From: Oscillospiraceae bacterium
Lineage (GTDB): Bacteria; Bacillota; Clostridia; Oscillospirales; Oscillospiraceae
Assembly (NCBI GenBank): GCA_017411225.1
Contig: JAFRDQ010000065.1
Location: 588 to 64,587 of the forward strand
Reading direction: 5' to 3'
DNA: 64,000 nt
Part shown: positions 33,535-41,598 of the stretch, in pieces
Layout: every line of letters starts with the position of its first letter
Numbering within the stretch: the stretch's first letter is position 1
The notes under the pieces: model-generated
Told to the model about the DNA's origin: nothing
What the model saw: the letters and a program-made list of their open reading frames with translations, nothing else
Database searches by the model: none
Made by a program: the position numbers and the translations under genes

Positions 33535-35799
33535 ATGCGCAGGCTGGCCTGGTTTGGGTTTGGCTTTGCGCTGGCTGTGTTTGCGGCGCATTATTTGCTC
33601 CCGCTTTCCCTGCTGTACTGGTGCGCCGGCGCGGCGGCTTTGCTCTCGCTTGGCGGACTTGGGCTGCACGGGCTGAACCGGCGGCGGTGGATGCTCTGTC
33701 TGCTGGCCGCGGCGGTCGGGTTTGGGTGGTACGCCTTTCGCGCGCACCGTGTGCTCGATCCGCTCTCTTCGCTCGACGGGAGCGAACAGGTCTATTCCGC
33801 CCGCGTACTGGATTACCCTGTACATCTGGATTACAGCACGGGTGTGCTGCTGCACCTCTGTGAGCCGGGGCTCGACCGGCTCGCCGTGCGCGCCTATGCG
33901 CATGACGAGAGCTGCGATGATCTGCAGCCGGGCGATCTGATCACGGTCGCTTTGAAGCTGCGCAGCGCGGAAAAGCGCTACGGAGAGGAGACGGACGCTT
34001 ATCTCTCGATGGGCATCGCCGCCATCGGCTCCGTGACGGAGGCGCCGGTGAAGACCGGGGAATGGAGATGGAAAATTCTCTGCCTGCCGAAGGTGCTCGC
34101 CCACCGGGTGAAGGCGACGGCGGAGCAGATCTTCCCGGCGGACGCCTTCCCCTTTGCCGAGGCGCTGATGCTCGGCGACAAGCGCGCGCTTTATGACGCC
34201 GAGCTCGATGTTCCGCTGCGAAACGCCGGCATCATGCACGCGGTGGCGGTCTCAGGCATGCATCTCGCCTTTCTGATCGGCGCGGTGCAGCTGCTGTTCG
34301 GGCGGCGGCGGTTTTTATCGCTCCTGAGTCTGCCGCTGCTGGGCTTCTTCGCACTCATGGCGGGCGCGACGCCGTCGGTTCTGCGCGCCGGCCTCATGGC
34401 GGCGCTGGTGCTGCTCGCCCCGGCGCTCGAGCGGGAGAACGACCCCGCGACGAGCCTGATGGCGGCGCTGCTGCTGATATTATTATGTCAACCATTCTCC
34501 GCCGGCAGCGCGAGTCTGCAGCTGTCGTTCGCGGCGATGGCGGGCGTGCTCTGGCTGACCGGGCCGATCTATGGCTGGATCCGCGCTCTCCTCTTCGGCG
34601 GGCGCGAGATCGGCGGCGCGGCGCACGGAGCGATCACGACCGTGGCCGCCTCGCTCGGCTCGATGGTGCCGACGATGCCGCTCGGCGCGCTGCACTTCGG
34701 CACGCTGACGCTCGCGGCGCCGATCACGAACCTGCTGGTGTTCTGGGTGCTTCCGATCGCGTTTGTGGGCTCCTTCGTTGCCGTGCTGCTGGGAATGCTC
34801 TCGCTCCCGCTCGGCACGTGGGCGGCATGGCTCGTCGCATGGCCGCTGCGGTTTGTGCTGCTGATTGCCCGCGGCACCGCCTCCCTGCCCGGCCTGCGGT
34901 ATGACGGGACGGCCCCGCTCACGATCCTGTGGCTGGCGGTGTGCTATCTGGTCGGCTTTGCACTCTGGCTTCGCCACCGGAGCGGAAAGCCTGTGCGGCT
35001 GCTCATCCCGATCTGCGGCTGTCTTGTCCTGCTGCTTTTGACCGGTCTGACAGCGCGGTATATGGGCGAGGCGACGCCGCGTGTGACGGTGCTGGACAAT
35101 GGGCAGGGGCAGAGCGTCTTTTTCCGCGCGGGCAAGACCTCCCTGCTCGTCGACTGCGGCGGCTTAAGCAGCCCGGTGAACGCCGGGGACACGGCGAGCC
35201 GCGCGCTGCTGCGCGAGCGGAGAGAGGCGCTGGACGTGCTGGTGCTGACGCATCCGCACTTAGACCACGTCAACGGCGCGCAGCGCCTGCTGCAGGAGAC
35301 GCGCGTGCGCACGCTGATTCTCCCCGCGGCGGCGGACGCAGAGGCAGAGCCGCTCCGTTCCATTTTGGAGACGGCGGAGCAGCGCGGCACCGAGGTCATC
35401 CGCCTCGAGGACGACGCGGAGATGACGCTCGGGGAATTCGGGCTGCAGTTTTTCGTCGTGCTCGGGCGCGAGGTGGAGGACGGCTGCCTGATGCTGCGCG
35501 TGACGCGCGGCGACTTTGACACGATGATCACCGGCGACGTGCCGATCGCGACCGAGACCGTCCTTGCGGCGGATTACGATCTGTCCGGCACGGAGCTGTT
35601 CATTGCGGGCCACCACGGCTCGAAATACGCCTCCGGCGACGCGCTGCTCGACGCCCTCGGTGCCGAGACCGCAGTCATCTCCTGCGGCTGGAACACCTAC
35701 GGCCACCCGGCGCAAGAGACGCTCGACCGTCTGGCGGCGCACGGGATGGAGATCCGGCGCACGGATCTGGAGGGCAGCGTAACCTTACGAATGGAGTGA
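33535..35799 (+). CDS. comEC: DNA internalisation competence protein ComEC/Rec2 (with C-terminal metallo-beta-lactamase domain)
   Basis: Start trimmed to MRRLAWFGFGF. Many TM segments; LTHPHLDHVNG motif; followed by holA as in Bacillus. Confidence 0.88.
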   Translation: MRRLAWFGFGFALAVFAAHYLLPLSLLYWCAGAAALLSLGGLGLHGLNRRRWMLCLLAAAVGFGWYAFRAHRVLDPLSSLDGSEQVYSARVLDYPVHLDYSTGVLLHLCEPGLDRLAVRAYAHDESCDDLQPGDLITVALKLRSAEKRYGEETDAYLSMGIAAIGSVTEAPVKTGEWRWKILCLPKVLAHRVKATAEQIFPADAFPFAEALMLGDKRALYDAELDVPLRNAGIMHAVAVSGMHLAFLIGAVQLLFGRRRFLSLLSLPLLGFFALMAGATPSVLRAGLMAALVLLAPALERENDPATSLMAALLLILLCQPFSAGSASLQLSFAAMAGVLWLTGPIYGWIRALLFGGREIGGAAHGAITTVAASLGSMVPTMPLGALHFGTLTLAAPITNLLVFWVLPIAFVGSFVAVLLGMLSLPLGTWAAWLVAWPLRFVLLIARGTASLPGLRYDGTAPLTILWLAVCYLVGFALWLRHRSGKPVRLLIPICGCLVLLLLTGLTARYMGEATPRVTVLDNGQGQSVFFRAGKTSLLVDCGGLSSPVNAGDTASRALLRERREALDVLVLTHPHLDHVNGAQRLLQETRVRTLILPAAADAEAEPLRSILETAEQRGTEVIRLEDDAEMTLGEFGLQFFVVLGREVEDGCLMLRVTRGDFDTMITGDVPIATETVLAADYDLSGTELFIAGHHGSKYASGDALLDALGAETAVISCGWNTYGHPAQETLDRLAAHGMEIRRTDLEGSVTLRME

Positions 35800-35805
35800 A
35801 ACCCC

Positions 35806-36867
35806 ATGGCAGGATCGAACCGAAAGAAAAATCAGCCCGATTCGGGCGCGAATTATAAAACCGAGGTCGCCTCGCTCAAGGCCGAGGGCCCGCAGCGGCT
35901 GTATGTGCTCTGGGGGCAGGAGGACTATCTGCGCGAGCAGTTTTTGGCGCAGGTGAAGAACGTGTGCCTGCCGGACGGCGGGGATGATTTCAGCCTGCAC
36001 CGCTTTGACGGGGCGAATCTGGACCTGGGTAAGCTCGCCGACGCGGTGGACGCGATGCCGTTTCTCTCCGACCGCTCCTTCATCGAGGTGCGCGGATACG
36101 ACACGAACAAAGCGCCCGAGGAAGAGGCGGCGAAGCTGACGGCGCTGATCTCCGATCTGCCGGACTACTGCACGCTCGCCTTCGTGATGGCGCCGGACTT
36201 TGCGCTCGACGGGCGGCTGAAGCTCTCGAAGGCGCTGAAAAAGCACGGCAAGGTGCTGCAGTTTGCCCCGCAGTCGAGCGATTCGCTCGTGATCTGGGTC
36301 TCGCGCCGGTTCGGCGCGCTCGCAAAGCGCATCACGAGAGCGGACGCGGAATACCTCATCGAGATCACGGGCGGGCTGATGAACCGGATGATTCCGGAGA
36401 TCGAGAAGATTGCGTCTTACGCGCAGGATGAAGTCGTCACGCGCGCGGACATCGACGCCGTGACGGAAAAAACGCCCGACGCGGTGGTCTTTGAGATGAC
36501 CGACATGCTCGCGCAGGGCGACCGCGACGGCGCGATGGCGACGCTCGCGGAGCTGCTCGCGATGAAGGACAGTGAACCCATCATGCTCCTCGCCGCGATC
36601 GGCGGGCAGATGCGCAGGCTCTACGCCGCGAAGGTCTGCGAGCGCGAGCGTGTGGGCGCATCTGACGCGATGAGCCTCTGCGACGTGCGGTATGATTTCC
36701 TCGTGCAGAAGCTGCAGCGCTCGGCGCGGCGGTTCTCTCTCGAGGCGCTGGAGCGCTCCGTCACGCTCTGCGCGGAGACGGACTACGCCATGAAGCACAC
36801 GGGCGGGGACGATCTGCTCCTGCTCGAAGATGCGCTGCTGAAGATCATGATGGAGGCGGGCCGATGA
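35806..36867 (+). CDS. holA: DNA polymerase III subunit delta
   Basis: 353 aa; conserved position after comEC. N-terminal LYVLWGQEDYLREQF is typical of HolA. Confidence 0.8.
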   Translation: MAGSNRKKNQPDSGANYKTEVASLKAEGPQRLYVLWGQEDYLREQFLAQVKNVCLPDGGDDFSLHRFDGANLDLGKLADAVDAMPFLSDRSFIEVRGYDTNKAPEEEAAKLTALISDLPDYCTLAFVMAPDFALDGRLKLSKALKKHGKVLQFAPQSSDSLVIWVSRRFGALAKRITRADAEYLIEITGGLMNRMIPEIEKIASYAQDEVVTRADIDAVTEKTPDAVVFEMTDMLAQGDRDGAMATLAELLAMKDSEPIMLLAAIGGQMRRLYAAKVCERERVGASDAMSLCDVRYDFLVQKLQRSARRFSLEALERSVTLCAETDYAMKHTGGDDLLLLEDALLKIMMEAGR

Positions 36868-37457
36868 TCCGCATTCGCGAGGCGATCGTGGTTGAGGGGC
36901 GCTATGACGCGAACACGCTGCGCCAGATCGTGGACGCGCCGATCTTCGAGACCGGCGGCTTCGGCGTGTTCAACGACAAGGCGCAATTGAACCTCCTGCG
37001 CACGGCGGCGGAAAAGCGCGGGCTGATCGTCCTCACGGACAGCGACGGCGCGGGCTTTGTGATCCGGCGGTATCTCTCCGGCGCGATCGACCCGAAAAAA
37101 GTAAAGCACGCCTACATCCCCGACGTCGCGGGCAAGGAGCGGCGCAAGGATCACCCCTCAAAGGAGGGCAAGCTCGGCGTGGAGGGCATGCGGCCCGAGG
37201 TGCTCATCGAAGCGCTCCGCCGCGCCGGAGCGACGATCCTCGGCGAGAGTGAAAAGGCCGTGCCGGGCGAGATCACGAAGGCGGACCTTCACCGCCTCGG
37301 CCTCTCCGGCGGCGCCGGGAGCGCTCTTCGCCGCGCCGCGCTGCTCAAAGCTCTCGGGCTCCCGGAGCGCATGAGCGCAAACGCCCTGCTGCGGGCGATC
37401 AATCTGATGATGACGAAGGCCGAGCTGGAGGACCTCCTGCAGAGTGACGGCTTGTGA
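36864..37457 (+). CDS. Toprim-domain protein (RNase M5-like / DUF4093-like)
   Basis: IVVEGRYD ... LTDSDGAG Toprim acidic motifs; 4-nt overlap with holA. Confidence 0.65.
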   Translation: MIRIREAIVVEGRYDANTLRQIVDAPIFETGGFGVFNDKAQLNLLRTAAEKRGLIVLTDSDGAGFVIRRYLSGAIDPKKVKHAYIPDVAGKERRKDHPSKEGKLGVEGMRPEVLIEALRRAGATILGESEKAVPGEITKADLHRLGLSGGAGSALRRAALLKALGLPERMSANALLRAINLMMTKAELEDLLQSDGL

Positions 37458-37501
37458 TTGCTTTTTCGTACCATTCCGTGTAAAGTAAGGTACTCCATCT
37501 A

Positions 37502-39124
37502 TTGAAAAGAGTGAATAATTTGCCAAAACAGCAAAGCAAACAGAATTATCTCTACGGCGCTGCGATTCTGGCGGCGGGCGTGGCCATCACGAAGATCCTC
37601 GGCGCGATCTACAAGATCCCGCTGGGGAACATCCTCGGCGACGAGGGTTACGCGCACTTCATGGTGGCCTACAGCATCTTCAACGTGTTCCTGACGCTGA
37701 CGACCGCGGGTCTGCCCGTGGCGCTCTCGCGCATGATCTCCGAGGCCGAAACGCTGGGAAAGCCGATGCAGATGCGGCGGATCTTCCGCGTGTCCATGCT
37801 CGTGTTCGCCGTGATCGGTCTGATCAGCGCGCTGATCATGTACCTCTTCCCCACCGAGCTTGCCGTGATGATGGACGAGGTGGAGGCCGCACAGAGCATC
37901 TGGGCGATCAGCCCGGCAATCTTCTTCGTGTGTCTTATGGCGGCCTACCGCGGCTTTGCGCAGGGGCAGAGCAACATGACGCCCACGACCGTGTCGCAGG
38001 TACTCGAGGTGCTGGGCAAGACCGTCGTCGGGCTGGTGCTCGCGTGGTATCTCACGCGCATCGGCAAGAGCCTGCCCGTGGCCTCCGGCGGGGCGATCTT
38101 CGGCGTGACGGCGGGCAGCTTCCTCGCGCTCGTTTACATGGTGATCTATAATCACCGCCATTATCCGCCGCAGGTCGTCGCAGATCCGGACACGCCGGAA
38201 AAGCCCGGCAAAATCGCGCTGACGCTGCTCAAGATCGGCATTCCGATCACGATCGGCTCGAGCGTGATCAGCCTGATCAACCTCGTCGACGCGAAGCTCG
38301 TTTTGAACCGGCTGCAAACCGCGGCGGGCGTGTCCTACTTTAACGCAAAGAATCTCTACGGCATCTACGGCAAGGCGCAGACGCTCTCGAATCTGCCGGG
38401 CGCGTTCATCGTGCCGCTGACGATCAGCATCATCCCGGCCATCACGGCGCTCGTCGTGAAGGGCAGCCACAAGGAGGCGAGCCGGCTCTCCTCGGCCAGT
38501 CTGCGCGTGGCGGCGCTGGTGTATATGCCGATGGGCGTGGGGCTGGCCGTGCTCTCAGAGCCGATCATGCGCGTGATCTATCCCACGGGCAACGCCGCGG
38601 GGCCGCTGCTGCTGGCGCTGCTCGGCATCGGCACGCTGTTTGTGTGCCTCGCCTCGATGTCCACGGCGGTGCTGCAGGCCAGCCGTCTGGAGCTCTGGCC
38701 GATCCTCAGCATGCTTGCCGGCGGCGCGGCGAAGATCCTCGTGAACTACACGCTCGTCGGCGATCCGAAGGTCGGCATATACGGCGCGCCGATCGGCACG
38801 CTCGCGTGCTATGCCGTGATGTGCGCGATGAACGCACTCTTCCTACGCTTCCGCCCGGTCGAACCGGTGCGCGTGCTGCCGGCGCTTTGGCGCGCGGCGC
38901 TCTCCTCCGCGATCATGGGCGCGGTGGCCTGGGGCGTTTATGCCGGGCTCTCCGCCGTGCTCGGCGCCTCCTGGAAGGCGACGGTGCTCGCCGTGGCGGC
39001 GGCCGTGATCGCGGCGGCGGCGGTCTATCTCATCGCGGCGGTGAAGACCCGCGCCGTGACCGGGGACGACCTTCGCCTGATCCCGCACGGGGAAAAGCTG
39101 GCTGCTTGGCTGCACATTGCGTGA
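37502..39124 (+). CDS. MOP-superfamily flippase (YabM/SpoVB/MurJ-like polysaccharide biosynthesis protein)
   Basis: 540 aa with about 14 TM segments; lies ahead of mazG as yabM does in Bacillus. The start codon (TTG at 37502) is uncertain. Confidence 0.8.
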   Translation: MKRVNNLPKQQSKQNYLYGAAILAAGVAITKILGAIYKIPLGNILGDEGYAHFMVAYSIFNVFLTLTTAGLPVALSRMISEAETLGKPMQMRRIFRVSMLVFAVIGLISALIMYLFPTELAVMMDEVEAAQSIWAISPAIFFVCLMAAYRGFAQGQSNMTPTTVSQVLEVLGKTVVGLVLAWYLTRIGKSLPVASGGAIFGVTAGSFLALVYMVIYNHRHYPPQVVADPDTPEKPGKIALTLLKIGIPITIGSSVISLINLVDAKLVLNRLQTAAGVSYFNAKNLYGIYGKAQTLSNLPGAFIVPLTISIIPAITALVVKGSHKEASRLSSASLRVAALVYMPMGVGLAVLSEPIMRVIYPTGNAAGPLLLALLGIGTLFVCLASMSTAVLQASRLELWPILSMLAGGAAKILVNYTLVGDPKVGIYGAPIGTLACYAVMCAMNALFLRFRPVEPVRVLPALWRAALSSAIMGAVAWGVYAGLSAVLGASWKATVLAVAAAVIAAAAVYLIAAVKTRAVTGDDLRLIPHGEKLAAWLHIA

Positions 39125-39268
39125 GAAAAACGCACACTTGTAAATGTTTGCCAGTTCTAGCCCTCGGCTGAATGCATCACCGGGGGCTTGGGCGGCATTC
39201 CGCCTTGGTTCAAAACGCCGAAAAGGTTTGATTTTTCAAAGGTTTTTCAAAAAAAGGGTTGCTTTGGG

Positions 39269-40066
39269 ATGAAAAATATGATAAATTTCAAAGGTCGTGA
39301 TTCCTACACGCTGGCAGATTTTGTGCGCCTCATCTCGTTTCTCCGCTCGGAGGACGGATGCCCGTGGGATCGGGTGCAGACGCATGAGAGCATCCGTCGC
39401 AATTTCCTCGAGGAGGTCTATGAGGCCTGCGAGGCGATGGACGAGGGCGATCTGGTCCACATGCGCGAGGAGCTGGGCGACGTGCTGATGCAGGTGCTGT
39501 TTCACACCGACATCGAGCGCGAGGCCGGGCACTTCGACATTGACGATGTGGCTGACGCCGCGTGCAAAAAGCTCATCGACCGGCACCCGCACGTCTTCGG
39601 CACGCCGGAGCAGCGCGCACAGCCGCAGGACTGGGAGGCGGAAAAGCGCCGCGAGCGCGGACAGACCACCACCGCCCAGGCCATGGACGGCGTGAGCCGC
39701 GCTCTGCCCGCCCTATGGCGGAGCGACAAGGTGCAGCGCAAGGCCGCCGCCGTCGGCTATGAATGGCCGAACACGCAGATGGCCTTCGAGAAGCTGCCCG
39801 AGGAGCTTGAGGAGGTGCGCGAGGCGATCGCGCTCGGCGATCAGGACAAGATGGAGGACGAGCTGGGCGACCTGCTCTTTGCGACCGTGAAGCTCGCCCG
39901 GTTTCTGAACATCGACCCGGAAAAGGCGCTTCACCGCTCGTGCGACAAGTTCATCCGCCGCTTTGACGGCGTGGAGCAGGCCGTGCTGTGCGAGGGAAAA
40001 AGCATCCGGGACATGACGCTCGACGAGATCCTGACGCTCTATAAAACCGTGAAGGCGCAGGAATGA
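39269..40066 (+). CDS. mazG: Nucleoside triphosphate pyrophosphohydrolase MazG
   Basis: Start trimmed to MKNMINFKG. CPWDRVQTHESIRRNFLEEVYEACEA and EELGDVL / DELGDLLF tandem MazG motifs. Confidence 0.9.
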   Translation: MKNMINFKGRDSYTLADFVRLISFLRSEDGCPWDRVQTHESIRRNFLEEVYEACEAMDEGDLVHMREELGDVLMQVLFHTDIEREAGHFDIDDVADAACKKLIDRHPHVFGTPEQRAQPQDWEAEKRRERGQTTTAQAMDGVSRALPALWRSDKVQRKAAAVGYEWPNTQMAFEKLPEELEEVREAIALGDQDKMEDELGDLLFATVKLARFLNIDPEKALHRSCDKFIRRFDGVEQAVLCEGKSIRDMTLDEILTLYKTVKAQE

Positions 40067-40141
40067 CACAGACAGAATTTCGCCGACTGCGCGAATTTCT
40101 ATATATGGCGCCAAGCGCCAATCAATTAGGAGGATAACACC

Positions 40142-40417
40142 ATGAATAAAGCTGAACTCATCGCCACCGTCGCCGAAGTCGCCGGTCTTTCCAAGAAGGA
40201 CAGCGAGAAGGCCGTCAACGCCACGTTCGATGCCATCACCGCCGCTCTCGAGGCCGGTGAGAAGGTCTCCCTCGTTGGTTTCGGCGCTTTCGACGTCAAG
40301 GAGCGCGCTGCTCGCATGGGCCGCAACCCCCGCACCAAGGAAGAGGTCGAGATCCCCGCTTCCCGCGTTCCCCAGTTCAAGGCCGGCAAGGCTCTGAAGG
40401 ACGCCGTCGCGAAATAA
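40142..40417 (+). CDS. hup: HU-family DNA-binding protein
   Basis: MNKAELI ... [28 protein letters not shown]; AGGAGG SD. Confidence 0.95.
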   Translation: MNKAELIATVAEVAGLSKKDSEKAVNATFDAITAALEAGEKVSLVGFGAFDVKERAARMGRNPRTKEEVEIPASRVPQFKAGKALKDAVAK

Positions 40418-40557
40418 CGTCAGAACGGGCTCACGCCATTCCGCTTCCTCGGCAAGCTCGAAAGCTCCATATCTGTTCCCCCGTTCTTCCTTTTCCAAAA
40501 CGCGCACGCGCGTTTTGGAAAAACGAGTGCGGCGGAAAGAGAAAGCAGAATCGCAAG

Positions 40558-40595
40558 AAAAAGCGCTCCGGACAAAAAGTCCGGAGCGCTTTTTC
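40558..40595. terminator. Bidirectional intrinsic terminator after hup
   Basis: AAAAAGCGCTCCGGAC-aaaaa-GTCCGGAGCGCTTTTT. Confidence 0.85.
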
Positions 40596-40607
40596 AGCTT
40601 TACAAAA

Positions 40608-40795
40608 GCCTCGCAGAGTTCGCGGCTCGGATGCCGCGAATCCAATCCAATCGATTTTCCGGCGACATGTGCGGCGGAAAATCTCCCTGAGGCGCGGCTC
40701 ATGCCGCGCCCTCGCGCCGACCAAGGCGGGCAACGCCTGCCGCGATGAAGCGCGAGTATTCCCTCGACTGTCAAAGAACAGCGTTCTTTGACAGT
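40608..40795 (+). repeat. Five-hairpin mosaic repeat (family 2), copy 3
   Basis: Nearly identical to the reverse complement of 10116-10307. Ends 1 nt before the stop of the 40797 gene. Confidence 0.9.
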
Positions 40796-40796
40796 T

Positions 40797-41135
40797 TCAA
40801 ATGACGCGTTTGCCTTCGATGGCGAGGCGGAGGCCCTTGGTGAGGCCGACATAGCCCGTGAAGGCACCATCCGGCTTCAGGTCGATGACCGCCTTGAGCG
40901 CGCCGTTGCCGAACTGGCTCTTGAGCCCGCCCTCGCAGTGGATGGCGCCGTCCGGCAGCCGCTCGGCGTGCGTATCCGCCGTGAACGGATAGATCAGCCA
41001 CTTGAGCATCTTCAGCTTTCCGACGCCGGAGACTGCGGCTCTGCCCGACTCGTCCCAGTCAAAATCGGCGTCCAGCACCAGCTCGTGCTGACCCATGAAG
41101 CGGATCGTGCCGCGCCCTTCCATATGCTCCGTCAT
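40797..41135 (-). CDS. Hypothetical 112-aa protein, last gene of the dehydratase-like operon
   Basis: Start trimmed to MTEHMEGRGTIRF (SD GAAGGAGGA; ATGA overlap with the upstream gene). No family recognised. Confidence 0.7.
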   Translation of the reverse strand: MTEHMEGRGTIRFMGQHELVLDADFDWDESGRAAVSGVGKLKMLKWLIYPFTADTHAERLPDGAIHCEGGLKSQFGNGALKAVIDLKPDGAFTGYVGLTKGLRLAIEGKRVI

Positions 41136-41410
41136 TTTGCTCCATCCTCCTTCACAAAGCCTGTCTTGCTCCCCATCGGGTAGCCAAGCGCCCAGCGCTT
41201 CGCCCCGCAGCCGGGACAGGCCGCGCCGTCGCGCCGCAGGTTCTCCAGATACGTCTCCGCGCTCTGAAGATACATGTTCGTTTTGCTCACCGTCCGGCAC
41301 TCCGGGCAGAAGACCAGGTAGTTTGCAAAGCTGTCGTAGATCCCCTTTTTCCGGTTTTCCGTCTCCTCGCGCGAGAGCGGACGGGGATTGATCTTTTTGT
41401 TCACCAGCAT
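41132..41410 (-). CDS. Hypothetical 92-aa zinc-ribbon protein (CPEC ... CPGC)
   Basis: Start trimmed to MLVNKKINP (SD GGGAGG). Two CxxC pairs about 30 residues apart. Confidence 0.65.
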   Translation of the reverse strand: MLVNKKINPRPLSREETENRKKGIYDSFANYLVFCPECRTVSKTNMYLQSAETYLENLRRDGAACPGCGAKRWALGYPMGSKTGFVKEDGAK

Positions 41411-41426
41411 GGCTCCAAGCCTCCCG

Positions 41427-41585
41427 TCAAAGGACGTGCTCGCGCTGTACGCTGTCATAGTGCTTGTCCAGCAGCGGCACCACGACGAAGCGGACGAGCT
41501 TCATGTCCAGATTGAAATAATAAACCGAGAAGAGCAGCGCGATTGCCGCGCCCGACAGTCCCAGCGCTTTGAAAATCAGCTTCAT
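41427..41585 (-). CDS. Hypothetical 52-aa single-TM protein
   Basis: MKLIFKALGLSGAAIALLFSVYYF; SD AAGGAGGAAGG; begins 13 nt after the dehydratase stop. Confidence 0.55.
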   Translation of the reverse strand: MKLIFKALGLSGAAIALLFSVYYFNLDMKLVRFVVVPLLDKHYDSVQREHVL

Positions 41586-41598
41586 GCATCCTTCCTCC

